The notes below the pieces were generated by a model that saw only the letters and a program-made list of their open reading frames with translations, was not told where the DNA came from and searched no databases. Positions 19,508-27,426 of a DNA stretch of 64,000 nucleotides are shown here, piece after piece. Source of the stretch: Aestuariivirga sp. (GTDB lineage: Bacteria; Pseudomonadota; Alphaproteobacteria; Rhizobiales; Aestuariivirgaceae); contig NZ_OZ245771.1 in NCBI RefSeq assembly GCF_965227715.1, positions 1,246,347-1,310,346 of the forward strand. The letters are read 5' to 3'. The translations under genes and the position numbers were made by a program. Every line of letters starts with the position of its first letter. Position 1 is the first letter of the stretch.

Positions 19508-20389
19508 CTACTTCACCGTCCCCAACCACCCGAACAGCTTGTCGAATCCCCCGAACGGATAGAGATGCGGGGCGGCAATGCCCAGTTCGGGGCGGGCGTA
19601 GTGGAGCTCTGCCAGCCCCGCCACGAAATCATCCGGCGTGTTGACGCTGAGCAGCTTGGTGATGTTCAGCGCCTGCTTGCGGATGAAGCGCGCGGAATTG
19701 CCCACGCCGCACATGGCTGCATATTTGACCAGCGTCTTGATGGTTGCGGGGCCGGGCACGCCCACATGGATCGGAAGGTCGATCCCTGCGGCGCGGAGCG
19801 TCTTCGCCCAGTCGGCAACCGGCTCCGCCTCGAACAGGAATTGCGTGGCGATAAAGCCCTGGAGGCCATTGGCCTTCAGGTAGGCCTGCTTTTCCTTCAA
19901 GGCATCGAGCAGCACCGCCTCACCCTTGGTCTTGGTGATGTCGGGGTTGCCCTCGGGGTGGCCGGCGATGCCGATCTTCGTCACGCCATTGGCCTGGAAC
20001 ACGCCCGTCTGGAGCAGCTGGATCGCGGCATCATAGGCGCCTATCGGCTCTGCGGCACCGCCGCCCAGCACCAGCATGGTGGTGGCCCCGGCCTCTGCCA
20101 GCGCCTTGATGCGGGCGCGAAGGTCTGCCTCGTCTCTGATGAAGCGGGCTGGCACATGCGGCACGGGATCGAAGCCCGCGGCCTTGAGCTGCCGCACAGC
20201 CTCGATCTGACCGGCAAGATCGGCCGCATCGATCAACGCCACGAAAACCTGGGTCCCGGGCTGAAGCTGTTCCTTGAGCACCGCCAGCTTTTCGATCTGC
20301 TTCGGGGTAATCTCGAGGGAGGCTGCCTTAAGGAAGGCGGCCGTGGCCTGCTTCGGGGTCAGGCTGGTGGGGCTGAGCGGGGCATTCAT
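19508..20389 (-). CDS. metF: Methylenetetrahydrofolate reductase family protein
   Basis: SLEITP, PVPHVPAR, IAGHPEGNP, IATQFLF, HVGVPGPA, HLYPFGG; start trimmed to MNAPLS at 20389. Confidence 0.85.
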   Translation of the reverse strand: MNAPLSPTSLTPKQATAAFLKAASLEITPKQIEKLAVLKEQLQPGTQVFVALIDAADLAGQIEAVRQLKAAGFDPVPHVPARFIRDEADLRARIKALAEAGATTMLVLGGGAAEPIGAYDAAIQLLQTGVFQANGVTKIGIAGHPEGNPDITKTKGEAVLLDALKEKQAYLKANGLQGFIATQFLFEAEPVADWAKTLRAAGIDLPIHVGVPGPATIKTLVKYAAMCGVGNSARFIRKQALNITKLLSVNTPDDFVAGLAELHYARPELGIAAPHLYPFGGFDKLFGWLGTVK

Positions 20390-20454
20390 GGGCAAGGGGC
20401 TCCGGTTTGGGTGGCCGGACATTGCGCCAGCATCTCCTGCCCCGCCCGGATGTT

Positions 20455-20481
20455 TGCGACCCCGCCATAACGAATGCGACC
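20455..20481 (-). promoter_or_regulatory. GGTCGCA direct repeat pair between metF and the GlxA-type regulator
   Basis: TGCGACC at 20455-20461 and 20475-20481 (20-bp period). Confidence 0.4.
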
Positions 20482-20579
20482 GCCGGAAAACGCTTGTGTC
20501 GTTTTCGTCCTGCGGCATGACGCTTCTAGACAAGGCCACAATCTTGCGCAAAAAGGCTTCAAACAGGAGTTCCCGCCCC

Positions 20580-21578
20580 ATGTTCGGCGACCCCCCAAAG
20601 CAGCTGCCGCAGCACCTCGCGGTGATCGTGGTGCCGGAGTTCACCATGATGCCGGTCACCTCGGCCATTGAACCCCTGCGCATCGCAAACCGCCTGTCCG
20701 AGAAGGCGCTTTATAAATGGACGATGCATTCGGTGGACGGCCAGCCGGTCGCGGCCTCGAACGGCATTCTGGCCATGGTCGACGGCGATCTCTCCTCAGT
20801 GCCAGAAAACGCCACGATCCTGATCTGTGCCGGCCTCAACGTGCAGCGCCATACGGACAAACGGCTCATCGCCTGGCTGCGCAAGGTGGCCCGCAAGGGG
20901 GTGAACATCGGTGCCGTCTGCACCGGCGCGCATATCTTGGCTGAAGCGGGGCTGCTGGATGGCTACCGCTGCACCATCCACTGGGAAAACCTCCCCGGCT
21001 TCACCGAGGCCTTTCCGGAAATCGATGCGACGGGCGGCCTCTTCGAGATCGACCGGGACCGTTTCACCAGTGCCGGCGGCACAACGGCGCTGGACATGAT
21101 GCTCACGCTGATCGCCAGCCAGCATGGGCCGGAGCTCGCGTCCGCTGCTGCCGAGGGCATTCTGCATTCGCCCATCCGGCACCACAGCGAACACCAGCGC
21201 ATGTCGCTTCCGGCGCGGATCGGCGCCCGCCACCCCAAGCTCGTCGGCATCATCGAGGAGATGGAGCAGAATCTGGAAGAACCCCTCTCGCCCTCGATCC
21301 TGGCGAAGCAGGCAGGCCTCTCCACACGGCAGCTGGAACGGCTGTTCCGCCGTTACCTGGACCGCAGCCCCAAGCGCTATTACCTGGAGCTTCGTCTCAA
21401 GAAGGCGCGGTCCCTGCTGCTGCAGACGGATATGTCCGTCATCAATGTGGCGCTGGCCTGCGGCTTCTCCTCGCCATCGCATTTCTCGAAGTGCTATCGT
21501 GCCTTTTATGGCCGCACTCCCTACCGCGAACGCGGCATTCCGGTCATTGAAGCTTCCGCCCACGCTGAAACAGTGTAA
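20580..21578 (+). CDS. GlxA/GbdR-family AraC transcriptional regulator (DJ-1-like N-domain)
   Basis: AIEPLRIANR, IGAVCTGAHILA, CTIHWEN, AraC HTH STRQLERLF...ACGFSSPSHFSKCYR; AGGAG SD before ATG 20580. Confidence 0.93.
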   Translation: MFGDPPKQLPQHLAVIVVPEFTMMPVTSAIEPLRIANRLSEKALYKWTMHSVDGQPVAASNGILAMVDGDLSSVPENATILICAGLNVQRHTDKRLIAWLRKVARKGVNIGAVCTGAHILAEAGLLDGYRCTIHWENLPGFTEAFPEIDATGGLFEIDRDRFTSAGGTTALDMMLTLIASQHGPELASAAAEGILHSPIRHHSEHQRMSLPARIGARHPKLVGIIEEMEQNLEEPLSPSILAKQAGLSTRQLERLFRRYLDRSPKRYYLELRLKKARSLLLQTDMSVINVALACGFSSPSHFSKCYRAFYGRTPYRERGIPVIEASAHAETV

Positions 21579-21610
21579 GAAAAGGGCGGGCCATTTCTGG
21601 TCCGCCCCTT
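21577..21610 (-). terminator. Intrinsic terminator hairpin with U-tract on the minus strand
   Basis: Minus strand AAGGGGCGGACCA-gaaa-TGGCCCGCCCTTTTCTT. Confidence 0.6.
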
Positions 21611-21789
21611 CTGACGAAGCGTTCGCGACCGGGGGGCGATAGGCAAACGCAACGTCTGTCGAACAGCAATCAAGGCATAAATCATCTCGTCTTAAAGTAG
21701 AAGAGAGAACGTTTTCATAGCCCTATGCGTGTAGCAAATGGCAGAAAATCGCAATAAATGCAATTATAGATTGAATTCGCCTGTGGATG

Positions 21790-23163
21790 TCAGGATGCGG
21801 ATGGGAGCAGCAATGCGGCCCGCAACCCGCCGAGGCCGGCGCTTTCCAGAGTGACGTTGCCACTGTACATCGCAGCCGTTTCCGCCACGATCGAGAGGCC
21901 AAGGCCGGAGCCTGGTTTCGTTTCATCCAGCCGGAGCCCGCGCTTCAAGGCATCGGCGCGCTGCTGCGGGGGAAGGCCGGGGCCATCATCATCCACCTCG
22001 ATCCGCAGGAAGCTGCGGCCCGCGGGTGCAGCACCTGTCTCGGGCCTCGCCGTCACCGTAACGCGGGCACCGGCCCATTTGCAGGCATTGTCCAGCAGGT
22101 TCCCCACCATCTCTTCGAGGTCCTGGCGTTCACCGCGAAATTTCAGGCTCTCAGGGCAGGAGACGGAGACGCTCACACCCTTTTCACGGTTGATCCGCTC
22201 CAGCGTCCGCGCCAGCGCATCCAGAACCGGCTTCACCTCCGTCACCGCGCCCAGGCCATGGGCACGTGCGGCGCGGCGCGCACGGTCCAGGTAAAGGCTC
22301 ACCTGGTCCCGCATGGTGCCGGTCTGTTCGCGCACCTTGGCCGCAAGCGGGGTGTCCTGGCCTGCCGCCTCATTGGTCAGAACGCTCAACGGCGTCTTCA
22401 GCGCATGCGCCAGGTTTCCCACCTGCGTTCGCGCCCGCTCCACGATTTCGGCATTGGACTGGATCAGCAGGTTCAGCTCTTCCGCCACCGGGCGGATCTC
22501 GGCCGGATAGTCCCCTTTGAGCTGCTCGGCATCGCCCTTGCGGATGGCGATGAGATTGCCCTCCAGCGCGCGCAAAGGCCTCAAGCCGAAGCGCACCTGA
22601 ACGAAGATCGCCAGCAGCAGGCCAATACCCAGCAGCATGAGGCTCGCCACCAGGGCGCGGTTGAAGGTCTTCACCTCACCGCTCAGCTCGTCATAGTTTC
22701 CGGCGACCAGCACGGAATATTCGCGGCGGCTCCCCGGCAGGCGGAACACCTGTTCGATCGCCCGCAGATTAACGCCCGTCACATCCTTCAAAAAGAACGC
22801 GGCCACGCCATCCGCCCCGCGCTGTGCCTGGGGAATGCTGAGGCGCTGTTCGAGGAGCGAGGCCGAAGCCAGATCGCGCGCGCCAGGGCCTTTCTCCACC
22901 GGCACCACCTGCCAATACCAGCCAGACAGCGGCAATCCGAAACGCGGGTCGGCCAAAGCATTGGAGAGATGCGGCGCACCTTCGGCGGAAACATCGAGAT
23001 TGGCCAGAAGCCCGTCCAGCACGGAGCGCAGGCGCTGATCGAAATTGCGTTCGAGTGCCGCGGTGAAGATGCTCGCCAGCAAAAAGCCCGCCGCCGCCAG
23101 CAGCACGATCGAGACCAGTGCCGAAGACAGGATCAGCCGGCTCGAAAGCGATCTAGGCCGCAT
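21790..23163 (-). CDS. Sensor histidine kinase, FeuQ/PhoQ-like
   Basis: Two TM segments, H-box GNLAHALKTPL, NLLDNACKW, DDDGPG, GSGLGL; start MRPRSL overlaps the regulator stop. Confidence 0.92.
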   Translation of the reverse strand: MRPRSLSSRLILSSALVSIVLLAAAGFLLASIFTAALERNFDQRLRSVLDGLLANLDVSAEGAPHLSNALADPRFGLPLSGWYWQVVPVEKGPGARDLASASLLEQRLSIPQAQRGADGVAAFFLKDVTGVNLRAIEQVFRLPGSRREYSVLVAGNYDELSGEVKTFNRALVASLMLLGIGLLLAIFVQVRFGLRPLRALEGNLIAIRKGDAEQLKGDYPAEIRPVAEELNLLIQSNAEIVERARTQVGNLAHALKTPLSVLTNEAAGQDTPLAAKVREQTGTMRDQVSLYLDRARRAARAHGLGAVTEVKPVLDALARTLERINREKGVSVSVSCPESLKFRGERQDLEEMVGNLLDNACKWAGARVTVTARPETGAAPAGRSFLRIEVDDDGPGLPPQQRADALKRGLRLDETKPGSGLGLSIVAETAAMYSGNVTLESAGLGGLRAALLLPSAS

Positions 23164-23824
23164 TGTCCGGCTCGGACACGCAATATCCCATGCCGCGGAT
23201 CGTGTGCAGCACGTCAACGCCCAGCTTCTTGCGCAGCCGCCCGACGAAGACTTCAACCGTGTTCGAGTCGCGGTCGAAGTCCTGGTCATAGAGATGTTCG
23301 ACCAGCTCGGTGCGCGAAACCACCTTGCCCTTGTGGTGCATCAGATAGGCCAGCAGCCGGAACTCGAGCGAGGTGAGCTTGACGCTGTTGCCGTTGACGC
23401 TCACACGCGCGCCCTTCGTATCGAGCATCACAGGCCCGCAAGTGATCTCGCTTGTCGCGTGGCCCGCACTCCGGCGCAGCAGCGCACGCAATCTTGCCAG
23501 CACCTCCTCCATATGGAAGGGCTTGGCCACATAATCATCGGCGCCGGCATCGAATCCCGCCACCTTGTCGCTCCACCGGTCACGCGCGGTCAGGATGAGA
23601 ACCGGCATCTTGCGCCCGGTGCGCCGCCATTTTTCGAGAACGCTCACGCCATCAAGAATGGGGAGCCCTAAGTCCAGCACGACGGCGTCATAGGGTTCGG
23701 TGTCGCCCAGGAAATGCCCCTGCTCGCCATCCTTCGCGGCATCGACCACATAGCCCGCGTCCTGCAGGGCAGACACGAGCTGGCGGTTGATGTCCGGGTC
23801 ATCCTCGACCACGAGCAGACGCAT
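23153..23824 (-). CDS. Response regulator, FeuP/PhoP-like
   Basis: MRLLVVEDD, VLDLGLP, LTARDRWSDKVAGFDAGADDYVAKPF, DRDSNTVEVFVGRLRKK. Confidence 0.95.
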   Translation of the reverse strand: MRLLVVEDDPDINRQLVSALQDAGYVVDAAKDGEQGHFLGDTEPYDAVVLDLGLPILDGVSVLEKWRRTGRKMPVLILTARDRWSDKVAGFDAGADDYVAKPFHMEEVLARLRALLRRSAGHATSEITCGPVMLDTKGARVSVNGNSVKLTSLEFRLLAYLMHHKGKVVSRTELVEHLYDQDFDRDSNTVEVFVGRLRKKLGVDVLHTIRGMGYCVSEPDNAA

Positions 23825-23848
23825 GAAACGTTCTCCCTTCCGGCAATC

Positions 23849-24097
23849 CTATTGGGCTGACACATCGCCCGTGGCAGCATCGACGATGACCTGCACCACG
23901 GCGCCATTCTGCTTCAGCCGCACCACATAGACTTGGCCCTTGCGCTTGACGCCCAATGGCTCCGAACCCGGCACCGCCGCAACCGCGCGGCGTACCGCTT
24001 CCGAAGGTTTCAGGCCGCCCGAATCCTGCGCGCCCGCCGGCATCGTCCACAGGGCGGCGGCGAGAATGGCTCCGGCCATTGTGAATGTCTTGCGCAT
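23849..24097 (-). CDS. Exported PepSY-domain protein (FeuN-like position)
   Basis: Signal peptide; Y.V.L..NG.V..V.VDAATG motif; first gene of the two-component operon. Confidence 0.8.
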   Translation of the reverse strand: MRKTFTMAGAILAAALWTMPAGAQDSGGLKPSEAVRRAVAAVPGSEPLGVKRKGQVYVVRLKQNGAVVQVIVDAATGDVSAQ

Positions 24098-24141
24098 GGT
24101 TCGCGTGCGGTCCTTTCGCGCCTGTCCTAACCCGTCCTAGC

Positions 24142-24156
24142 TGAACCCGGAATGAA
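24142..24156 (-). promoter_or_regulatory. TTCA-N7-TTCA direct repeat upstream of the PepSY gene (candidate OmpR-family site)
   Basis: Plus strand TGAA-CCCGGAA-TGAA, 11-bp period. Confidence 0.35.
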
Positions 24157-24175
24157 TGAAAATCAATGGCCCCGA

Positions 24176-24313
24176 TCAACGCCCCTTCAGCACCCGCGTG
24201 CGCGGCTTCGCAGGAGTTCCGGCAAGGGCTGCCACGGTGCCGGCCACCTTCTCCAGCGAGCGCCCGCCGATATAGCCACCCATGCCGACTGCAACCCTGA
24301 GGAGCGCGCGCTG
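24176..24313 (-). pseudogene. C-terminal fragment resembling a 3-TM holin
   Basis: Translates QRALLRVAVGMGGYIGGRSLEKVAG...; in-frame TGA immediately upstream; absent from the ORF track. Confidence 0.45.
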
Positions 24314-24384
24314 TCAAGGACTATTTTCCCTATACAGGAATTTCTAATTTGGCTTGCGGATGGAGCGGTGCCCGCTATTCCTCA

Positions 24385-25281
24385 ATGATGGACATCCGCC
24401 AGCTTCAATATCTCGCAGCGCTCGCGCGCGAGAAGCACTTCACCCGCGCCGCCCAGGCCTGCCATGTCACGCAGCCCACGCTGTCAGGGCGAATCCGCCA
24501 GCTGGAGCAGGAGCTGGGCGTTCCCATCGTGGAGCGCGGCCAGCGCTATATCGGCCTGACCCCTGAAGGCGAGCGCGTTCTCAAATGGGCGCATCTGATC
24601 CTGGACAACTGGCAATCCCTCCAGCAGGAGCTCGCCACCATCCGCTCCAAGAAGGGTGAGCTCGTCGGAAGGCTTGTGCTGGGCGTCATCCCCTCTGCCC
24701 TTCCCATGGTCTCCCTCCTCACCCGCGCCATGGAGCGGGAGCACCAGCGCGTCGAATTCACCGTGCTCTCGCAATCTTCGGAAGAAATCCTGCGCAACCT
24801 CCATGAGCACGTGATCGACGCCGGCATCACCTATTTGGACAATGAGCCGGTCGAAGGCCTCATGCAGCATGTGCTCTATGTGGAGCATTATTGCCTGTTC
24901 GTCTCCGAACATTCTCCGTATGCTGACAAACCCTCCGTCACCTGGACAGAGGCCGCCCAGGAGCCCCTGTGCCTCCTCACCCCCAACATGCAGAACCGCC
25001 GCATCATCGACCGTGCCTTCGCCGTGGCTAACGCCCACCCCTCGCCACGGCTCGAAACCAATTCGATCATGAATCTCCTGGCCTCGGTCAAATCCATGGG
25101 CCTCTCTTCCATCATGCCGGATTATTTCATCCACGTTCTGGGCCGCCTCGAAGGGGTGAAGGCAGTTCCCCTGGTCGAGCCGAAGGTTGAGCACAAGGTG
25201 GGCCTCGTGGGCCTCCCGCGTGAACCCCTCTCCCCCCTCGTCTCCGCGCTCTTCGCCGCCGCCCGCACGCTCAAGGGTTGA
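24385..25281 (+). CDS. LysR-family regulator upstream of the formate dehydrogenase operon
   Basis: IRQLQYLAAL..HFTRAAQACHVTQPTLSGRIRQLEQELG; substrate-binding domain follows. Confidence 0.93.
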   Translation: MMDIRQLQYLAALAREKHFTRAAQACHVTQPTLSGRIRQLEQELGVPIVERGQRYIGLTPEGERVLKWAHLILDNWQSLQQELATIRSKKGELVGRLVLGVIPSALPMVSLLTRAMEREHQRVEFTVLSQSSEEILRNLHEHVIDAGITYLDNEPVEGLMQHVLYVEHYCLFVSEHSPYADKPSVTWTEAAQEPLCLLTPNMQNRRIIDRAFAVANAHPSPRLETNSIMNLLASVKSMGLSSIMPDYFIHVLGRLEGVKAVPLVEPKVEHKVGLVGLPREPLSPLVSALFAAARTLKG

Positions 25282-25307
25282 GGCGCGGCGCCCACCCCTC
25301 CCCTGTG

Positions 25308-25324
25308 ATCAGCTTTGCCTATCG
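25308..25324 (+). promoter_or_regulatory. Imperfect palindrome upstream of fdsG (candidate LysR site)
   Basis: GATCAGCTTTGCCTATC, dyad resembling GATAG-N7-CTATC. Confidence 0.35.
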
Positions 25325-25378
25325 CCCCATAGGTGCGGTCAATTGGAAATTGTGCCCGGCATAGGCCATTAGACGGGC

Positions 25379-25870
25379 ATGTCTGGAAAACGCACTCTGC
25401 TCGATCTTTCTCCGCGCGAAGCGACGGCCGCGCGGGAGATTGCCCTCCGTTACGGCAACCGCGCGGATGCGCTGCTGGAAATCCTGCATGATCTGCAGGA
25501 AGATCTGGGCTTCGTTCCTGAGGCGGCGCTTCCTGCGCTGGCCAAGGCGCTGAACCTCTCGCGGGCGGAAGTCCACGGAGTTGTTAGCTTTTACCATGAT
25601 TTCCGGCGGGAGCCTGCGGGCCGCCATGTGATCAAGGTGTGCCAGGCAGAGGCCTGCCAATCGATGCGCGGAACTGAACTCAGCGCCATGATCGAGCGTT
25701 ACCTTCAGGTGAAACTGGGCCAGACCACCGCCGACGGCGCGATTACGGTTGAGGCTGTCTACTGCCTCGGCAACTGCGCGCTGGCCCCCGCCATCATGGT
25801 GGATGACAGGCTCGTGGGCCGGGTGGACCCGGCCAAATTCGAGAAGATCGTTGCGGAGTGCCGCTCATGA
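25379..25870 (+). CDS. fdsG: NAD-dependent formate dehydrogenase gamma subunit (NuoE-like)
   Basis: SRAEVHGVVSFYHDF, CQAEACQSM, VYCLGNCA [2Fe-2S] ligands. Confidence 0.94.
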   Translation: MSGKRTLLDLSPREATAAREIALRYGNRADALLEILHDLQEDLGFVPEAALPALAKALNLSRAEVHGVVSFYHDFRREPAGRHVIKVCQAEACQSMRGTELSAMIERYLQVKLGQTTADGAITVEAVYCLGNCALAPAIMVDDRLVGRVDPAKFEKIVAECRS

Positions 25871-27411
25871 TCAAGATTTATGTTCCGCGCGATTCCGCCG
25901 CCCGCTCGATGGGCGCCGATGAAGTCGCAGCCGGCCTCTGGTCCCACACGCAGGATCTGGGAATCGAGATCGTGCGCAACGGCTCGCGCGGTCTCCTCTT
26001 CCTTGAGCCGCTGGTGGAGGTCGAAACCCGGGAAGGCCGCATCGCCTATGGCCCGGTCTCGGCGGAGGACCTCCCTTCCCTCATCGCCGCGGGCTTCCAC
26101 AAGGGCGGTGCCCATCCCCTGCGCCTCGGCAATATCGAGGAGCACCCCTACCTCAAGAATCAAGAGCGCCTCACCTTCGCGCGCTGCGGCATCACCGATC
26201 CGGTCTCGGTTCAGGATTACGTGAGCCATGGCGGCTTCGACGGTTTGAAGAAAGCGCTGGGGCTTTCGGGCGCTGAGATCGTGAGCGAAGTCACCAGCTC
26301 TGGCCTTCGCGGCCGCGGCGGTGCGGGCTTTCCCACCGGCATCAAGTGGAAGACGGTGCATGATGCGGCGGCCGATCAGAAATATATCTGCTGCAATGCA
26401 GATGAAGGCGATTCAGGCACCTTCGCAGACCGGATGGTGATGGAGGGCGACCCCCTCATGCTCATCGAAGGCATGACGATTGCGGCCATCGCCACCGGGG
26501 CCACCAAGGGCTTTGTCTATATCCGCTCCGAATATCCCGATGCGATCGCCACCATGAAGGAGGCGATCTCGGCTGCCCTCTCGGCCCGCTGGCTGGGCGC
26601 TAATATTCAGGGTACGGATAAATCCTTCCACTTGGAAGTCCGCCGCGGGGCCGGCGCCTATATCTGCGGTGAAGAGACGGCAATGCTCGAATCGCTCGAA
26701 GGCCGCCGCGGCATGGTGCGCTTCAAGCCGCCCATTCCGGCACTTGAAGGCCTGTTCGGCAAGCCCACCGTCATCAACAATGTGCTGAGCTTTGCCGCCG
26801 TGCCCTTCATCCTCGCCAAGGGTGGCGCGGCCTACAAGAATTACGGCATGGGCCGTTCGCACGGCACGCTGCCCTTCCAGCTTGCCGGCAACATCCGCCA
26901 GGGTGGCCTGGTGGAGAAGGCCTTCGGCGTCACGCTCCGTGAACTCGTCGAAACTTTCGGCGGCGGCACCTATTCGGGAAAGCCCATCCGCGCCATTCAG
27001 GTGGGTGGCCCCTTGGGTGCCTATGTGCCAGCCTCCCAGCTGGACATGCCGATGGATTACGAAACCTTCGCCGCAGCCCAGGCCATGGTCGGCCATGGCG
27101 GCATCGTGGTGTTTGACGAGAGCGTGGACATGGCGGCGCAAGCCCGCTTCGCCATGGAATTCTGCGCCATTGAATCCTGCGGCAAGTGCACCCCCTGCCG
27201 CATCGGCTCCACCAGGGGCGTTGAAGTGATTGACAAGATCGTCGCCGGCATTGACCGGGACGCGAACCTCGATCTCTTGGGCGACCTCTGCCAGACCATG
27301 ACGGATGGTTCGCTTTGCGCCATGGGGGGCCTCACCCCCATGCCGGTGCTGAGCGCCATCAAGCATTTCCCCGAGGATTTTGACAAGCCCCAGCGGCTTG
27401 CAGCGGAATAG
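25867..27411 (+). CDS. fdsB: NAD-dependent formate dehydrogenase beta subunit (NuoF-like)
   Basis: GLRGRGGAGFPTG, CNADEGDSGTFADR, GAYICGEET, ESCGKCTPCRIG; ATGA overlap. Confidence 0.96.
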   Translation: MIKIYVPRDSAARSMGADEVAAGLWSHTQDLGIEIVRNGSRGLLFLEPLVEVETREGRIAYGPVSAEDLPSLIAAGFHKGGAHPLRLGNIEEHPYLKNQERLTFARCGITDPVSVQDYVSHGGFDGLKKALGLSGAEIVSEVTSSGLRGRGGAGFPTGIKWKTVHDAAADQKYICCNADEGDSGTFADRMVMEGDPLMLIEGMTIAAIATGATKGFVYIRSEYPDAIATMKEAISAALSARWLGANIQGTDKSFHLEVRRGAGAYICGEETAMLESLEGRRGMVRFKPPIPALEGLFGKPTVINNVLSFAAVPFILAKGGAAYKNYGMGRSHGTLPFQLAGNIRQGGLVEKAFGVTLRELVETFGGGTYSGKPIRAIQVGGPLGAYVPASQLDMPMDYETFAAAQAMVGHGGIVVFDESVDMAAQARFAMEFCAIESCGKCTPCRIGSTRGVEVIDKIVAGIDRDANLDLLGDLCQTMTDGSLCAMGGLTPMPVLSAIKHFPEDFDKPQRLAAE

Positions 27412-27426
27412 GAGCTTAAGCGCCCC

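Noticed and set aside
19378-19644. MPGLDPGI N-terminus of ORF 19090-19422 and ORF 19462-19644
   Set aside because: Both starts are translations of the REP sequence itself
20390-20579. SAM/SAH-type riboswitch upstream of metF
   Set aside because: No conserved riboswitch core recognised by eye; an Rfam scan would be decisive
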